DNA of 64,000 nt. It comes from Naegleria gruberi (Eukaryota). Made by a program: the position numbers and the translations under genes. The stretch lies in assembly GCA_000004985.1 (NCBI GenBank), contig GG738886.1. One strand, 5' to 3'. Positions 1 to 11,085 of this stretch are shown here, in pieces (within the stretch, counting starts at the first letter, position 1; the number at the start of each line of letters is the position of its first letter). The notes beneath the pieces are model-generated. The model was not told the DNA's origin and did no database searches. It saw only the letters and a list, made by a program, of their open reading frames with translations.

Positions 1-829
1 TTTACAATGCTACATTATTTTGACTGAGGATGGTCAATTATTTGGAAAAGGGTTTAATACTGATTATTCCATGGGATTGCCAACTAATCATTTTAACTAT
101 ACCAAACTAACAGAAATAGATACCAGTTATTTAGACTCAAAAGTACAAACCCTCGTACAAGGATGCAATACAATGTCGGCTCTAATTTCAACAAAAGGAA
201 CCTTGTACGTTTCAGGACTTGTAAATCACTCCAAGTTTACCATGTTGTCTGAAGACGTTCAACTTGCAGGCCTCACGAGAGATATCATATGGTATTGGAG
301 ACAGGACAGAGTGCTAATGAACTACAAGATATCAAACATGAAAACATCATTAGTAACCACTCCATTTAAGGAAGATATAAGAAAGATAGCATGCGGAGAA
401 ACTCACACAATATTTTTGACTAGCTCTGGAAATATTTATGGCTATAGAATTAGTTCCGTTGGAGGGATTTCTAATACCCATGAAATTTGTAAGATTAATA
501 CTCATTTATTTTCGCCTCCTCTTTACAGCCCTATCAAGGATGTAGAATGTGGTTCCGAACATAGTCTACTTATTAGCAAAGACAATAGAGTTTATGCTTC
601 CGGAGATAATACAAAAGGAGAGCTTGGTTTGGGAGAAATGTCAGAAGATTTTATTCAAGTTTTTACAGAATTAGAATTTTCAAATCCACTGATCAATGCA
701 ATTTCAAGCAATGATGGATCATCAGCTTTGTTTAGATCAACTGTTATCAGTGATGAAATTTTACGCAATTCATTCAATTTCAAACGTGTGAATAGTTTTT
801 ATGATCTGGTTATTGTCTTGGAATATTAA
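1..829 (+). CDS. RCC1-repeat (beta-propeller) protein, 5' end cut by the window edge
   Basis: The frame is open back to nt 1 with no upstream stop; the ORF-track start at 20 is a TTG. Repeated blade motifs (GETHTIFLTSSGNIYGY; ECGSEHSLLISKDNRVYASGDNTKGELGLGE) are typical of RCC1 repeats. Confidence 0.55.
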   Translation, partial: LQCYIILTEDGQLFGKGFNTDYSMGLPTNHFNYTKLTEIDTSYLDSKVQTLVQGCNTMSALISTKGTLYVSGLVNHSKFTMLSEDVQLAGLTRDIIWYWRQDRVLMNYKISNMKTSLVTTPFKEDIRKIACGETHTIFLTSSGNIYGYRISSVGGISNTHEICKINTHLFSPPLYSPIKDVECGSEHSLLISKDNRVYASGDNTKGELGLGEMSEDFIQVFTELEFSNPLINAISSNDGSSALFRSTVISDEILRNSFNFKRVNSFYDLVIVLEY

Positions 830-1109
830 TAATGATAATTAGAAGAACCTGTCAAACATTCGAACCTGCAGGCAAAAATGAAAAAATCCAAATGCAATAG
901 CTCTTCTAACATTTCAGATAATTCAGATTAATACGTCCATTCTCATTCAATTTTCTGCAATCTACTTGCTAAACACACTTAAAATAGAATTGTATGTTTT
1001 CTAGCTTTAATTTTTATTATTATTTCCATTCTGTGTATGGATTAAATTGTTGGTATGATTTTAGGTTGTTACTTGTCTCGATTCATATTTTATGATTTTC
1101 TTTCAAGAA

Positions 1110-1180
1110 GCATTAGTAGTGTAACGGTATCATACCAGCCTTCCAAGCTGGTGACCCGGGTTCGACTCCCGGCTAATGCA
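1110..1180 (+). tRNA. tRNA-Gly(UCC)
   Basis: 71-nt cloverleaf: acceptor GCATTAG/CTAATGC, anticodon stem CCAGC/GCTGG, loop CTTCCAA giving anticodon TCC, T-arm CCGGG-TTCGACT-CCCGG. Very similar to canonical eukaryotic tRNA-Gly. Confidence 0.85.
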
Positions 1181-1386
1181 TTAGTTTTTGATTTTTTAAA
1201 ACTTTAACAAGAAATCCCTTCATCTATTGCGAAAGATATAACATACCCTCTAAAAGAGTATTAATTCAACAATAAATATTGCATTTAAAAGATTTACTTA
1301 TATTAAAAATGGAACTTTGAAATAGGATGATGAATTTTGCAAACTCAAAATAGAATTTTTAAATAAGCTCATCAATACACAAAAAA

Positions 1387-2790
1387 ATGAGTCAACAAGA
1401 AGAAGCCATCACTCGCCTCTCGAAAAGATTTGAAACTATTGGGAAATCAATTGGAGAATTGCAATCACAAGTGGATGCATGTTTTTTGGAGAGGAAAAAT
1501 AGAAAAAGAAAGAAAACGAAAGATTCCTCTGTATCGAATATAAATAAGGAGCCATTGGCAACGACTAATAATCCATTCGTTCAGAAAGGAACTGGGCTTC
1601 ATATTGATTCGTGGCCATATAATTTGTGGGAAAAATTAAAACCAGATTATTCCTATGAAGAATTTGATAGATTCAGACCATTCCAGTCATTGTTATGTTT
1701 GACTGATGGACATGAGGATGAAAATCTATTGGAAGGTGGATTGGAATTAGTGCCAGGTTTTGCTGCAATTGCAGAGGAATATTTCACGGCAACTGATAGA
1801 AAATTTAGAGATGGAAAGCAAATGAGAAGTAAAGCCCAATGGGTGAGTCCTTATCACCTTGGATTAGATAAAGAAGAGGATGTTCCAATTTGTGAAATGG
1901 TGAGAAAAATTAAGAGAATTCCAAAAGATTGGGAAATGCCAAAAGGATCTGTTCAATTACCACCACCTAAGGGATCAAGCGTTGAGGAATATTTGGATTT
2001 TGTCAGGGCAGTGGTGAAGGAACACGATTCTATACCATATGAACCTGTTAGAAAGGGAGATTTTGTCTTTTTCGATATTAGAGTACCTCACCAAAACAGT
2101 TCTGGAAATATGATGAATAGAGAAAGAAGTGTTTTCTATCATGCATTCCTAATGGATCACCCTGTAAATTTAAAAACCATAGAATCTCTGAAAGAAAGAA
2201 GAAGGAAATTTGAACATCCAGAAGATTTCAGTTCAAAATTCAAAGCAGAACAAAAAGCACTCAATTTGGAAAAGGATTTGATTCCACTCTCAACCCTTGG
2301 GAAATATCTCTACAATGAAGAGGACTATCCAGATAATGTTCAATCTGATGAATATTTGAGTAACATTATTGGAAAGCATGGTAAATTACTCACTGAAAAG
2401 CATGTGAAATATTTCCAAAGATATGGTTATGTAGTGGTGGAGAATTTAGTTGGTGATAATGATTGTGATCAATTACTCACTGAATTGAAGGAAAATTCAA
2501 AACTAGTTGGATGTCCTCTCGATGAAGAATTTACAAAATCTCAATTCAAATCAATTGGTGGTGGATTTGGAGCAATGGTCGAGTGGTACTATCTAAGAAT
2601 GCAACAACTTTTAAGAATGGATGAAAAGCTCTATGCAGTCACAGTCAATTTACTTTCCAACACGTGGTGCTCATCTACTCCAAATGAATATCAAACTCCA
2701 TACGAGTGTCCATTCAAAAATCAAATCAATCCAGCCAAGTTGTGGCTCTACATTGACAGAATGAATTTTAGAAGACCTGATAAAGTATAA
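1387..2790 (+). CDS. hypothetical protein, possibly PhyH-like 2OG/Fe(II) oxygenase related
   Basis: 467-codon ORF with an aaaaaaATG context. Weak PhyH-like motifs: the C-terminal region KHVKYFQRYGYVVVENLV resembles a PhyH N-terminus; the upstream GHEDE and FFDIRVPHQNS...RSVFYHAF resemble the HxD/His/Arg core. Domain order looks unusual and function is uncertain. Confidence 0.5.
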   Translation: MSQQEEAITRLSKRFETIGKSIGELQSQVDACFLERKNRKRKKTKDSSVSNINKEPLATTNNPFVQKGTGLHIDSWPYNLWEKLKPDYSYEEFDRFRPFQSLLCLTDGHEDENLLEGGLELVPGFAAIAEEYFTATDRKFRDGKQMRSKAQWVSPYHLGLDKEEDVPICEMVRKIKRIPKDWEMPKGSVQLPPPKGSSVEEYLDFVRAVVKEHDSIPYEPVRKGDFVFFDIRVPHQNSSGNMMNRERSVFYHAFLMDHPVNLKTIESLKERRRKFEHPEDFSSKFKAEQKALNLEKDLIPLSTLGKYLYNEEDYPDNVQSDEYLSNIIGKHGKLLTEKHVKYFQRYGYVVVENLVGDNDCDQLLTELKENSKLVGCPLDEEFTKSQFKSIGGGFGAMVEWYYLRMQQLLRMDEKLYAVTVNLLSNTWCSSTPNEYQTPYECPFKNQINPAKLWLYIDRMNFRRPDKV

Positions 2791-3094
2791 ATTCATCAAT
2801 TTTACTAAAAAAGTTTCACACAACTACTATCATACTTTAGTAAAGCTTTTAACTATTCGAAATTGTCATAGAAGAATTATTCCGCCTCTTGTAACCGTTA
2901 CGTTTTTCATTAAATTTAAAAAAAAAACAGAAAATAAAAACCTCTTATTCAGCCAGCAACATCTGTTGTCTTTTCTTTTTCACAAGGATTGGTTATATTT
3001 CTTCTATTACCTTTATAAAGCCATACGAGCAAAATACTTTCCCTTTGTGCTTGGGATCAAATTCACAACACAACAAAAAATCATCATAACCGAC

Positions 3095-6000
3095 ATGAAG
3101 GCCTCACCACTCTTGCAGGAATTCATCAACCACTCATCACCACCTCCATCATCATCAGATGATAACAACAGCAACAATGAGGTGGTTGAATCTCCATCGA
3201 AATTACTTAAAAGTGGCTTGAATTCCTTCAAGCTTCATCATCATCATCAACCAACAACATCTTTATTGAGTGATATTTCCAATCTATCATCCTACCGTTC
3301 CAGTGTTGGTATTGCCGTTAATAGTGAGGAAAATAATTTAATAGACAATTTGCAATTAATTAATTCTTCAACGTTGGAAGTTGATAATGTTAACCACAAC
3401 ATTTTGGATGAAATTACCAATTTACAAAACACTCTTCATGAACAACACTTGTTCTATCAACAAATTGGAGCAGATATTGGCTCTACATGTGATCGAATTA
3501 ATGGTTGGCGAATTAACCTACCTCTTATTATCAATCATTTTCGGTTGCAATTATACTCGATTGATAGAACCTACTCACTGATGGCCCTACAGGATTTGGG
3601 ACTACAATCTCCCATGTTTTCCTATCCAACAACATCTTCATCAGCCTTTGGATTTTCATCATTTCAACATTCATTGAATGGACACGATTTGATGGTTACT
3701 TTGTATAATATGATGCTAGAAGAACAGCAACAACAATCTGCATCAAACTCTTCAAATACCATTGCTAGTACCAATAGCAATAATACCATTGGTGCTCCTA
3801 CTCCTTCACTGTCGGCTTCTTCTCTTGTCAAGACAACAGGCAAATATTCAAAGTTATTTCAAAGTTTGTGGAGTAATAGCAATGAATCAACCTCTCCAGG
3901 GAATACCAACAATAATCCACTTCCATCATCATTACTACAAGGATTGGATGGTGGTGGAGGGAGTAACTTGTTCAAATTTTCTTCATCCATTCCAAAACCA
4001 TCCCGATTGTACAAATTTCAAGATAAGGATCATCCACTCTCTGTATTGAAACATCACTATGAGGAATTGATAGAGTATCTTCGATTGAATCCAAAGTTTT
4101 TCAGTAAGGTTATCAAGTATTGGATTTCTAAACAAACTCTTTCACAATTATATGTGGCAAAGGAGTATGATGCTCATGAGAGAATGGCCTTTATTATTAA
4201 TTATTCGTTTTATGGAAATTTATCAAATCCATTAGAATCCAAATGTTTGTTAAAATTCATCAAGGTAGGTTTTGAGTTGAGGAATTGTTTGAATTTAAGA
4301 TTTTGAAATATTCAGTATACTTTGGAGAATGTACTTGATGATTGTTCAAATGATAATCCATTTGAGATTTTTGAGAATGTATTTCTATTCAGACTTGTTT
4401 TTCTCTATGTGAGAAGAAAAGGAAAGGAATTTGTAAAGAATGTGCTTGGAGAAGCAATGATTGAATTATTTTCGAATGAGGATTTGGAATTACCAATTGT
4501 ATCATATGATGTGCCACCTTCAGAGCAAAAAGCTGAACAATCAAAAAGCAAGTCAGGCTTTTTATTCTTTCAAGCTGCATGTGCAACTAATAATGGTGAT
4601 ACGAGTCCAGTATCTCCAAATTATATTTCTACTAATGTTTTCACTTCATCTAAATCTATGGGTATGTTTTATTTAATTATCATCGTGCATTATTAATTTC
4701 CAATCCCAGTTGAAACCAACCTCTACAATCTATGCACTAGGATTTTATACTCACTCTATGATAACTTTTCTAACTTGTCACCAAACATTCTCCTACTCAT
4801 GAAATACTTATTGAAAGGGATTTCTAAAAAATATGGAAGCAAGCTCAATAATCTATCAAAAGGATTATTACTCAAACGATTCTTCTTTGGATGGTATTTA
4901 CTTCCTGCAGCTTCTAGACCTGAGTGTTTTGGACTGGCTAGTGTACCTGCACTAGGTACAACTCAGTCCAAAGTTCGAACCATCGTTCTCGTCTTGCAAG
5001 CAATTGCCTTAGAGAAGCCATTCGAAAAATTATCTTCACTAAGCTATCTTAATGATTTCATCTTTATTCACAGCGCAAAAATCAATGAAATGTTTGAAAA
5101 ATTAGTATGTGAATGGTTCTCAGAAAAGAATGATTTGATTGAGGGACTGAAGCACTATGCAAACACTGTAGCAAAGAAGGACTCTACTGTTTCATTCTCT
5201 ATCGAAGAAATGAAGAAAAATCAGGTACTTTCTCCAACTTGCTTGTCCACAAAAGACATTGAGTTGATATTAAATGTATGCATGGATTCTGAATTTTTAA
5301 GCAAGTCAGACTCGCCTATTGTGGAAACAGTCAATGATATTAAATCTTGGAATAGAACTAAATTCAAAGATGAAAAGTTCATAGTATTGAACTATAAGGA
5401 TTTGAAGAAGAAGGAAATTATGGAATCTTTAGAACTTTCTGAAACCACAACACCTAGAAGTTCATTTGAAGCCATTGTACGTCAATTCAAACAAGTATTT
5501 TTGATGGTTAATTCAGTGGAGAGAATTTGTTCGGAAATGAAATCTATCAACTCTGATTCAACCACAACATTATTGCAACTTCTCTCTTTCCTTGATGTGA
5601 GGGAACGAAATGAAAAAACTTGGGAGAATGGAGTGAGTAGTGTCTACATTCAAGAGCTTTCTCAAAGTTTGAAGAATACCTCCTTTTCCATCGAATCTAT
5701 AATCAATAGAATCTATGGAGACTTAAAGACCAGTGATACCAATCTCGACATTATGATAGGAAAGCAAAAACAATTGTTGAGAATTTTACAAAGTATTGAA
5801 CTGCAAGTGAATGATCTTGAAAGAGAAAGAGCGTACGTTGATGATATGTTCGATGATTTGTTGGTTGGAGAGCTTATTTCTAGCATTGATTTTAAACAAT
5901 TTTGTAAAGATTTTTCCAAATCAGCATTCATAGAAGATCAGTTAAATATAATCAAGAACCAATACATCACTAGAAAGGTTGAACTTTTAAACTCCCTCAA

Positions 6001-6829
6001 AGAGTTAAAGCTCTCAGAGCATCAAATTCAGAGAATTGACAAGATTTTACAAAAGACAATCATCTCCAAAATTGTGAGGTATACTGTTCCAAGAGGCTAT
6101 GAGCATAATACTAATATGAACAGAAACTCATTCTATAAGGAGGAAAGTTTGTTGAGAGTTAAAATGACTTCGTTATTTGATGTACATCCAGAAGATTTTG
6201 GTATCCCTAAGGTATATGTGAAAATTTGTAATAACAAGCTAGTGCAAGAGGAGCTAAAGAAACTAGATCCAATAGCCATAACGCCTCAAGAGAAAGTTCA
6301 AGTGATTTTGAATAGTTGTATGATTATTGTTGAATTGATGAAATCGACTGGTTCTAGTTATAATATCGATGACTTTTTAATTTTGCTTGTTTACAATATT
6401 ATCAAAGCTGGAATACCTAATTTATACAGTAATTTGATATTTATCAAGAGATTTTATGGAGTTTTTCTAGATCCACCCCAATCAAAACAACCTCTCTATG
6501 GAATTGGATCAGAGAATGAGTATTGGTTTAAACAATTTGAAACTGCTATTTTGTTTTTACTCGATTATTCCAATAATTCTAATGCACAACCATTACCAAC
6601 TCGAGAAGAAACTGAAAAGAAGCAAGAGCCGATTAAGGAAGAACCCCTATCACCAAAGAGAGTTACAAATAGTATTAGATCCACTGAAAGTGACCCAATA
6701 GTAACAATAGCGAAAAATGTTGGCAGATTTGAGAATATTGCATGTTCTGATTTGAAATTCTCAGACATTCCAGATCTGTTGAATGAGTACAAATTATTAT
6801 TGGGATATTTCAACAAACAAAAGAAGTAA
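3095..6829 (+). CDS. RasGAP-like + VPS9 domain protein (GAPVD1/RME-6-like), 3 exons
   Basis: Exons 3095..4264, 4316..4661 and 4710..6829 join three same-frame ORFs. Intron 1 is 4265..4315 (GTAGGT...CAG, 51 nt); intron 2 is 4662..4709 (GTATGT...CAG, 48 nt). Total 1211 codons plus stop. The C-terminus has a clear VPS9 motif (IDDFLILLVYNIIKAGIPNLYSNLIFIKRFYG...EYWFKQFETAILFL). A RasGAP-signature-like segment LLLKRFFFGWYLLPAASRPE carries the PAxxxPE core, with the FLR arginine replaced. The N-terminal exon is S/N-rich low complexity, so the start codon is uncertain. Confidence 0.5.
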
Positions 6830-6937
6830 CCATAAAGATTTATTTGGTTTATTTAGGATAGAAAAAGAAATTGTTTAATACAAGCTAACGTACACAGATG
6901 ATATTTACAAAAGGCCACGTAGAACATTTAACAAGAA

Positions 6938-7009
6938 TCCCGTGTGGTCCAATGGCTAAGATACCTGGCTCTCACCCAGGAGATCCGGGTTCAATTCCCG
7001 GCACGGGAG
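6938..7009 (+). tRNA. tRNA-Glu(CUC)
   Basis: 72-nt cloverleaf: TCCCGTG...CACGGGA acceptor, anticodon stem CCTGG/CCAGG, loop CTCTCAC giving anticodon CTC, T-loop GTTCAAT. Near-identical in layout to animal tRNA-Glu. Confidence 0.88.
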
Positions 7010-7099
7010 GATTCAATTTTTCTTTTTTGCTTCCTGGTATCTTACCCAAACTTTCTTCCAAATGAAAAATTATCATTAACCTTAAAAAAATATCTCTTC

Positions 7100-9232
7100 A
7101 TGAACATTGTTCCACCTACCACACAAACAGTTCTTTCCGATCATCATCGTTTGGACCAATTTCCAACAGAAATGATCTCTATCATTTTGGGATTTTGTGA
7201 TCCGAGAACAATGGTCAATATTATATGTACATGTAAACGGTTGAGAGTACTCTCCATACAAATTCTTTTAAATGGTAGATCGAGGCAGGAATATTGGGCA
7301 AAGGGAATTTCCATTCGACATTTATGTAGAGAGGAGTGGATGGTTGATGTTTTACAACTTCCGAATGAAATATTGAATTGTTATTTGGAATTTTTGATGA
7401 AGGAAGATGAATTGGAGGAAATGAAAAGATTGGATTTGTGTTGTTTTGCAAATTTGGGAGAGAAATATATGAAAAATGTTGTTAAATTTATGAACAAGTT
7501 CCATATTGAGGAGTTGATCATGAGTCACTCTAATGGTGTTATTGATTGGGTTAATAGAAACTATAAGGATTTGAAATTCTTGTCTAAATTGTCAATTGTG
7601 GTTTTACAAAAAGTTTGGTTTAGTGACGAATTGAAATTCAAACCAAGTATTCCATTGAAAGTTCTTCAAACCTTATTATCTGATAATTCTGAGGTTGAGA
7701 ATTTCTGTAATTCGCAGTATTGCTCAAATTTTGAGGAATTGACAATAGGCACATCAGAAGTAGATTTTGGCAATGCATTTGTGAATATTTTGGAAAAATG
7801 CACCAATTTGAGGGTATTTGATCTTAGAATTATAAGGTCATACAATGTGAATGCCTCATATCCATTAATTAAAATTAATGATGAAACTCTACAGATATTG
7901 AGAAATTGTAAAAAATTAGAAGTGTTAAGACTTGATGGATATTATGACAAATACCTGAATATTAACAAACTAGTAGATGATATGGATGGAATATTTCCAA
8001 ATTTGAAAACATTTGAATGTTTTTTTCCAGTTGCAACTGATTTATGTCTTGTTCCGAAACATGAATTGGAATCCATTGCTCTAAGAATTCCTCCAAATAA
8101 TGCTAGATTGCCGAAATGTGATACCTTCTATCTCAATCAAGCTAGCTTTATTCCTGAAATTGATTGTAAAAAATTATTTCTCCTTGACCCTTCAATGGTA
8201 AATCTTAATAAGAATTTGTGTGAACTCTTATCAATTATTCCAGAGTTGAAAGAATTGTACCTTTATCATTCAAATATTACTTACAGTCAAGGAGCATTTA
8301 TATCCTCCAATTCGTACAAACTCAATATTGAAAAATTGTGGATACGTAAGGGCTATTTTGAAGTGGATATTTTAATCCATCTGATTCGAAACTGCCCTAA
8401 TTTGAAAGAACTCTACCTTGAGAATGTTAAAATAACAAATTCTCTTGCAACCATTTTTGATTCTCAAGAATTGAACGAGTCTAAATTGAGAGTTTTTCAT
8501 TTCAAAAGTTGTTCTCTTAATTATCCATTGCTCATTGAACAATTAACAAAGGATTTCACATTTCCTTACTTGGATTCTATAGTCTTGGAAAATGCCTACT
8601 CGATTACTAAGGAAATTCTCAGTTCTCTACTTGAAAGGGTCAAAACACTTTCCACTTTGAACATATCTGGAGTAGAATTTGATAATGAGTTGATTGAAAA
8701 ATATTTGGTATTGAAAAAGAACAATATTGAAAGTGAATTATCATTTAATGGAAAGGGAATCACCCTTGAATATGTGAAAAATCTTGATGTTATTAAGGGG
8801 TTGACAGCTTTCTCATTACCTGATTGCATTCTTGATAATGACGAGATGATTCAAGTTTTAGATTTGATAGGAAGGGATAAGTTGCTGAAGATTCAAATTA
8901 ATCTTGGAAAATCTGGACCTACCATTGAGCTGTTCAAAAAATTACAAGAATTCACTTCATTACAAATGATTTATCTTGTAGGCAAACCTGAACAAAAAAT
9001 TGAAGGACTGGAAGAATTTATTCTGGATGATTTTCTAATTTCCATGCCAAGTATTCGACTATTGTACTTGGAAAGTGGTGAGTTTAAAAGAGAGGCGATT
9101 GAGATTACAAAAGGTGTTATTCGATCGCTTGGCAAATCAGCACCTAAACTTTTAGTGCCTATGGAGAGAGGTCCATATCCTTTCAAGGTGAAAGAAAAAC
9201 AAGAAACTGGAAGTTGGTGCCAATTGATGTAA
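7100..9232 (+). CDS. F-box / leucine-rich-repeat protein
   Basis: The ORF-track start at 6944 lies inside tRNA-Glu and is an artefact. The first ATG is at 7100 (MNIVPP...). An F-box follows (FPTEMISIILGFCDPRTMVNIICTCKRLRVL), then many LxxLxLxxC/N LRR-like units. Confidence 0.6.
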   Translation: MNIVPPTTQTVLSDHHRLDQFPTEMISIILGFCDPRTMVNIICTCKRLRVLSIQILLNGRSRQEYWAKGISIRHLCREEWMVDVLQLPNEILNCYLEFLMKEDELEEMKRLDLCCFANLGEKYMKNVVKFMNKFHIEELIMSHSNGVIDWVNRNYKDLKFLSKLSIVVLQKVWFSDELKFKPSIPLKVLQTLLSDNSEVENFCNSQYCSNFEELTIGTSEVDFGNAFVNILEKCTNLRVFDLRIIRSYNVNASYPLIKINDETLQILRNCKKLEVLRLDGYYDKYLNINKLVDDMDGIFPNLKTFECFFPVATDLCLVPKHELESIALRIPPNNARLPKCDTFYLNQASFIPEIDCKKLFLLDPSMVNLNKNLCELLSIIPELKELYLYHSNITYSQGAFISSNSYKLNIEKLWIRKGYFEVDILIHLIRNCPNLKELYLENVKITNSLATIFDSQELNESKLRVFHFKSCSLNYPLLIEQLTKDFTFPYLDSIVLENAYSITKEILSSLLERVKTLSTLNISGVEFDNELIEKYLVLKKNNIESELSFNGKGITLEYVKNLDVIKGLTAFSLPDCILDNDEMIQVLDLIGRDKLLKIQINLGKSGPTIELFKKLQEFTSLQMIYLVGKPEQKIEGLEEFILDDFLISMPSIRLLYLESGEFKREAIEITKGVIRSLGKSAPKLLVPMERGPYPFKVKEKQETGSWCQLM

Positions 9233-9291
9233 ATATCTTGAATTTTCCTGTTGTCAAAATACGCATGTCTTTGTTTTTTTAAATTTTCTGT

Positions 9292-11085
9292 TTATTCAAA
9301 ATCAAAGTTTGTTTCTTGAATATTTTGTACCATGTGTGGATTAGGTTTCATCTTCTTCAAATCATTTTCGAATTCGTTGTAGCTCCAATTGTTTACTTGC
9401 ACTGGTGGTTGAGACAAATTAAGTGGAACATGTTGATAAAATGACATGCCGTTACCAATCATCAAGTTTTGATTCATATCTTGAGCTGGTGTATTGATTG
9501 AATTCAACAATAAAGAAAGTAAATGGTGTTCAAAAGCTCTCTTTTGTTCTTCCATGTCGTGAGGAGTAATGATTTGTTCTTGCTCAAATGAATTCGAGAA
9601 ATAGCTATTGTTATTGATTGGATAGTGAGCAATTGTTGAAGGTGAGGTGTTACCAGAACTTGTTTGTGAGGAAGATCTTGGAGAGTTGAGAGTTGGACTA
9701 GTGGCAACAGCAGCTGGTTGTTGTGAAGTAACCAATCCCTTAGGTGAGTGAGTAGCTTTTACCAATGCTTGGAAACTTTCACGACTTCTCTTAGAACCCT
9801 TCTTATTGGACTTGGTTTGTTTAGAGGCAGAGGAATCTGATTGTGAGTTTTCAGTTGGTGATTGAACGGTTGGTTGTTCTGAATCAGATGTGTTGGCTTG
9901 TTGGAGAGCTTTCTTAGCACCAGGTCTAGCAATAGGCTTCTTTGACTTGATAATGAATGGAGGTGATTGCAAGGTTACAACATCAGTGAATGTTGGTTCA
10001 CTGTCATCTTGAGTTCCATTAGCTCTGGCAGATAAGATGACATTCAATCTGAACTTCTTGTAACCGTACTTGTAGGAACAAATGTTGAACTGGAATGGTC
10101 CCAACTTGAGATTCAATCCATCGAATGAATGCTCAGTATTAGACATGCAACATTGTTGACCATCACTTGGCAATACAGGAGAACCATCTTCAAAGCAAAT
10201 TTCAACTCTGCACTTGACACGATTCTTATTCAACTCTGAGAGTGCTTTCTTAGTCAATGGTTTACCATTAGTATCTTGGGAAACTGTAATGTAGTCCTTT
10301 CCAAAGCTCTTAACCTTCATTAACATGTGATACTTGTAAGGAATCTTGTACCAAATATTTTCAAATTGGGCAGTAAAGAATTCCTTTCTCTTTTTACATG
10401 CTTTGAATTGAGGGAATTCACCTAACTGCCATTCTCTTTCTCTATTCGAATCTGTCCAAGAAACTTTCCAGTTAGCATTATTGTCATCAGCAACAAAGTC
10501 AGAGAGTTCATCTTCTTGTTGGTTGACTGGAGAAGGTTCTGATTGTTGTTGTTGAGGTTTTTGATCAACAACTTGTGGAGTAGCATTCGATGAGTTAGTT
10601 TTAAGAGTTGTAGTATTATTATTATTGATCATGATCATTTCGTTATCATGTAAATGACTTAATAATTCTTCATCTTCAGGAGAGAGAACCAACGAATTGG
10701 TAAAATGTGAATTATTATCAAAGAATGATTGAGTATTGTTACAAGTGGAGGTGGTTAGAAGAGGAGCAGAGGAGGTAGAATTGAAGAATTTTGGAGTTGA
10801 CTGTAAGGATTGAGCATAATATTGTTGTTGTAAGTAATTTGGTCGTTGATTAATTACTTGGTGGCTAAGGATTGATTGCTGTTGTTGCATGTTAATTTGT
10901 TGTTTGTATAATTGTGGAAGAGTATTCATAGTTGACTGGTTGACTACATTCATAAATGGTTGTTGTCTCATGAATGCATTATTAGGGGATGATATCATTG
11001 TGTAGTTATCATTTGATTGTTGATTAGCCATCAATTGAAAAGCTTGATGTTGAGGTGTTGTTGAGGCAAAATATTGTTGATTCAT
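9292..11085 (-). CDS. Q/N-rich putative nuclear/DNA-binding protein (hypothetical)
   Basis: 597-codon ORF. Long poly-Q/N and S/T-rich tracts flank a ~200-aa globular beta-rich core (WKVSWTDSNREREWQLGEFP...FQFNICSYKYGYKKFRLNVILSA) that I cannot assign to a named family. Confidence 0.45.
   Translation of the reverse strand: MNQQYFASTTPQHQAFQLMANQQSNDNYTMISSPNNAFMRQQPFMNVVNQSTMNTLPQLYKQQINMQQQQSILSHQVINQRPNYLQQQYYAQSLQSTPKFFNSTSSAPLLTTSTCNNTQSFFDNNSHFTNSLVLSPEDEELLSHLHDNEMIMINNNNTTTLKTNSSNATPQVVDQKPQQQQSEPSPVNQQEDELSDFVADDNNANWKVSWTDSNREREWQLGEFPQFKACKKRKEFFTAQFENIWYKIPYKYHMLMKVKSFGKDYITVSQDTNGKPLTKKALSELNKNRVKCRVEICFEDGSPVLPSDGQQCCMSNTEHSFDGLNLKLGPFQFNICSYKYGYKKFRLNVILSARANGTQDDSEPTFTDVVTLQSPPFIIKSKKPIARPGAKKALQQANTSDSEQPTVQSPTENSQSDSSASKQTKSNKKGSKRSRESFQALVKATHSPKGLVTSQQPAAVATSPTLNSPRSSSQTSSGNTSPSTIAHYPINNNSYFSNSFEQEQIITPHDMEEQKRAFEHHLLSLLLNSINTPAQDMNQNLMIGNGMSFYQHVPLNLSQPPVQVNNWSYNEFENDLKKMKPNPHMVQNIQETNFDFE

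Noticed and set aside
6944-7099. ORF-track start of the 762-aa ORF at 6944 (MVQWLRYLALTQEIRVQFPAREDS...)
   Set aside because: These codons are simply the tRNA-Glu(CUC) gene (6938..7009) read in frame. The protein start is the ATG at 7100 just before the F-box.
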